From positions 16,926,001 through 16,990,000 of the forward strand of contig JBHGNT010000008.1 of assembly GCA_043228905.1 (NCBI GenBank): a stretch of 64,000 nucleotides of DNA. The letters are read 5' to 3'. Shown piece after piece: positions 61,801 through 64,000 of this stretch (its first letter is position 1; every line of letters starts with the position of its first letter). Both the position numbers and the translations under genes were made by a program. The DNA comes from Azolla caroliniana (Eukaryota; Plantae; Polypodiophyta). Under the pieces are notes generated by a model. It worked only from the letters and a program-made list of their open reading frames with translations. It made no database searches and had not been told where the DNA came from.

Positions 61801-62381
61801 GAGTCCTTCTTAATAGTGCTAGAAGGATGTATTGATATGGCAAATAGGAACATTGCCTCCTTGGGTCCTTCTTCGCGTAGTTGATGGAGTGAAATGGTCG
61901 AAACTCGGTGAGTTGATTCTTGGGGTGGTCGATATCGAACTTCTCTTGTTCTCCAATCTATGGCTGGATTATGTAATTCAAGCCAAGGTAATCCTAGGAC
62001 AATGGGATGCTCTGGACTACTAATTATATTAAATGATATTATACACACAAAACTACCTAGGACAACTTGAATGGGTTCTGATTCTTCTACAATATTCCCG
62101 GAAGCAATGGGACGACCATCAATGACCACTACAGATGCGGGACAAGGAAGTTTTCTTAAGGATATCTGAGAAGCTTGGGCAAAATTTCGATCCATGAAAT
62201 AGGAATTAGCTCCGGAATCTAAAAGTGCTAGGACGGGTACTGGGGGAGTACTTTTAGTACTAACAATGACTTGGGCTAGGAACACATTGCTAACTTGCTT
62301 GGAAGGAATGGAACCACTAATGGGCTGTACAGATCTAGGGCTGTTGTCCAACCAAATGGCTCCAATTTTGGCTGGACTCAA
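58819..62381 (-). pseudogene. Chromovirus pol (protease-RT-RNase H-integrase-chromodomain) with frameshifts
   Basis: ALLDSGANS, YLDDLLIYS, EADASDFALG, HFGSTK, CDAC, SDRGPQF, GQAERTNQ, EYEVAAILDS...WLGYSPSERTWEP; frameshifts near 60240, 60030 and 58890. Confidence 0.94.
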
Positions 62382-62390
62382 TCGTTTAAC
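62309..62390 (-). promoter_or_regulatory. Putative -1 ribosomal frameshift signal (slippery heptamer plus stem-loop/pseudoknot)
   Basis: G_TTA_AAC at 62390-62384, 6-nt spacer, 11-bp stem 62377-62367/62356-62346; pol is in the -1 frame relative to gag. Confidence 0.75.
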
Positions 62391-63531
62391 TCTTCATCTA
62401 ATTGACTAAGGATTTCAAATTTATTTGAGATACTTGGGCTATTAGTACTATGAATACTATCTGACACTCTATTAGTACTATTAATACTATCAGACACTCC
62501 GAAGGGAAGAATTGACTCGGGTTTAGTACAGGCGACGATTTGATTTACCTGTCTTCTTGGCCTATGCGGACAATTGATGGCGATATGTCCTGGTCCACCG
62601 CAATAAAGACATAATCGATTGGCACGTCGTCGTTGCTTTTCTTCTTCTGATAACGGGCCGCGTCGACGCATGGTATCGATCTCCATCGGTGTCGAAGTAT
62701 TTGCTTGAGGTATGTCTCGTGCAAACGGTTTAGCCGCGACTGCGGCGTAAGTGGGCTCTGGCCTAGAGCGTGGTATCTGTAATTGACGTTCTGAACGCCG
62801 TTCAAAAAGGCGGTTGTCACATCGAACTACTCGACTGATTGCCTCCGTAAGAGACTTTGGTTCTTCGGGGAAAGTTAGAAGTAGATCTTTGACATCGTTT
62901 CGCAAGCCATAGCAAAACTGCTCCATTAGTGCTTGATCATCCCAGGGTATATCTGAAGCAAGTAGGCGGAAATCCGCCGCGTAGGCAGAGGCTGGACGAT
63001 CGCCTTGACGCAATCGCCGGATCTTGTTGATCGTCGTCCTGATGCTGTCGGTGTCTCCAAAGCAAGCTTTAAACTCACCAATAAAATCTTCAAAGTTATT
63101 AAGGGTGATTGTTTTTCTAGAAGCAGAGCAATCCATGCCAAGGCTGAGCCGCTAAGTAGCGTGCCTATTAGGCCGACTCGAGATGCATCAGTGGGATATC
63201 GGGAAGGATGCATCTGGATGACTAAGCGTACCTGATTAAGGAATCCCCGGAATTGCGAACGCGTTCCATCAAATTTCACAGGAAGTCCAATCTTGGGCTC
63301 TTTATGAAATCCTTAGGGACTGGATCCTTGTTGTTGCAACGCTGCTTCGAGTTGTTGTACCCGTAACGCTAACTCCCCATGTTGTTGTTGCGTTTGTTGT
63401 TTTTCTAGAGCGATTTGTTGCAGATCCCCTATCAGCCGTTGGTTTTCTTGTTCCAGGGCAACAAACTTTTCTTTTAGGCACTGTAGCTCGGAGAAAACGG
63501 ATTGGTATTCTTGGGCGCTAACAATAGCCAT
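62378..63531 (-). pseudogene. Chromovirus gag (coiled coil, Ty3-type capsid, CCHC knuckle)
   Basis: PVKFDGTRSQFRGFLNQ, LRQGDRPASAYAADF, TPMEID, CLYCGGPGHIAINC; premature stop at ~63313 and a frameshift at ~63110. Confidence 0.92.
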
Positions 63532-63586
63532 AGTATAGGGAAAAGGGTAGGAGGATGAGGGAGAGTGACAAGTAGGCTAGAGGAAA

Positions 63587-63598
63587 AAATTGGTTCAA
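63587..63598 (-). promoter_or_regulatory. Non-tRNA primer-binding site (putative self-priming)
   Basis: TTGAACCAATTT 2 nt after the 5' LTR, complementary to AAATTGGTTCAA at 63823-63812 inside the LTR. Confidence 0.75.
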
Positions 63599-64000
63599 AC
63601 TGTCAGGAATAGCACTAAAACAGAGATGGAATTAGTACTAAGAACAATAGTACTATTAGTACTAAGAGGACGGGACTGCGTAAGATTCCCGAGAGGAAGT
63701 GAGAAGAGGAGAGAGAGAGATAGCGAGAATGAGAGAGAGAGAGATGATGACAACAGCTAATATATTATGTGAAAAGATAAGTACAAGCGGCTAAGAGGCT
63801 TAAGACTGGCGTTGAACCAATTTGGTTCAAAACAATGCCTTGTGCCTCCTTTTATAGTGTTTTTAGGAATAATCCTGAAGCTTCTAGAATGTTCCAGAGA
63901 GATCTGGAATATACATCAATTTTCTATGATAAAGTATAAATGAAAATAATATCCTACAAAATACAATTCATAGTCTAATGGTAAGAGCTCGACCCATGTA

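Larger units (their letters stand above)
58334..64000 (-). mobile_element. Near-complete chromovirus (Tcn1/Tf1-like Ty3/gypsy); 5' LTR runs off the window end
   Basis: 3' LTR 58774-58334 (TGTCA...TGACA), PPT AAGGGGGAGA, gag, pol with chromodomain, 5' LTR from 63601; the LTRs differ by ~3 substitutions plus AG-repeat slippage. Confidence 0.95.

Overview
Eukaryotic land-plant nuclear DNA. A non-seed plant such as a fern or lycophyte is an inference from the TE lineages present. Most of the window is LTR retrotransposons. It holds one apparently intact, young Ty1/copia element (161-5637; single 1358-aa ORF, near-identical LTRs, GGAGC TSD), many decayed copia and Ty3/gypsy copies, solo LTRs, a Ulp1-carrying DNA-transposon remnant, and a five-level nest of insertions from 42.8 kb to the window end. 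A small gene island (25.6-28.5 kb) holds a PP2-A10-like gene and a convergent GPI-anchored arabinogalactan-peptide-like gene. The most unusual signals are in a chromodomain-bearing Ty3/gypsy family (copies at 44-47.5 kb and 58.3-64 kb). Its LTR ends in an antisense tRNA-like A-box/B-box module. It has no tRNA PBS but a 12-nt Tf1-like self-priming complement. Its gag-pol junction has a G_UUA_AAC slippery site followed by a predicted pseudoknot. Other notable features are a regularly spaced hairpin array in a gypsy 5' leader, a 105-bp satellite inside an LTR, CCGG enrichment across unrelated TEs, and a fold-back LTR. Coordinates and counts were read by eye; no searches were run.
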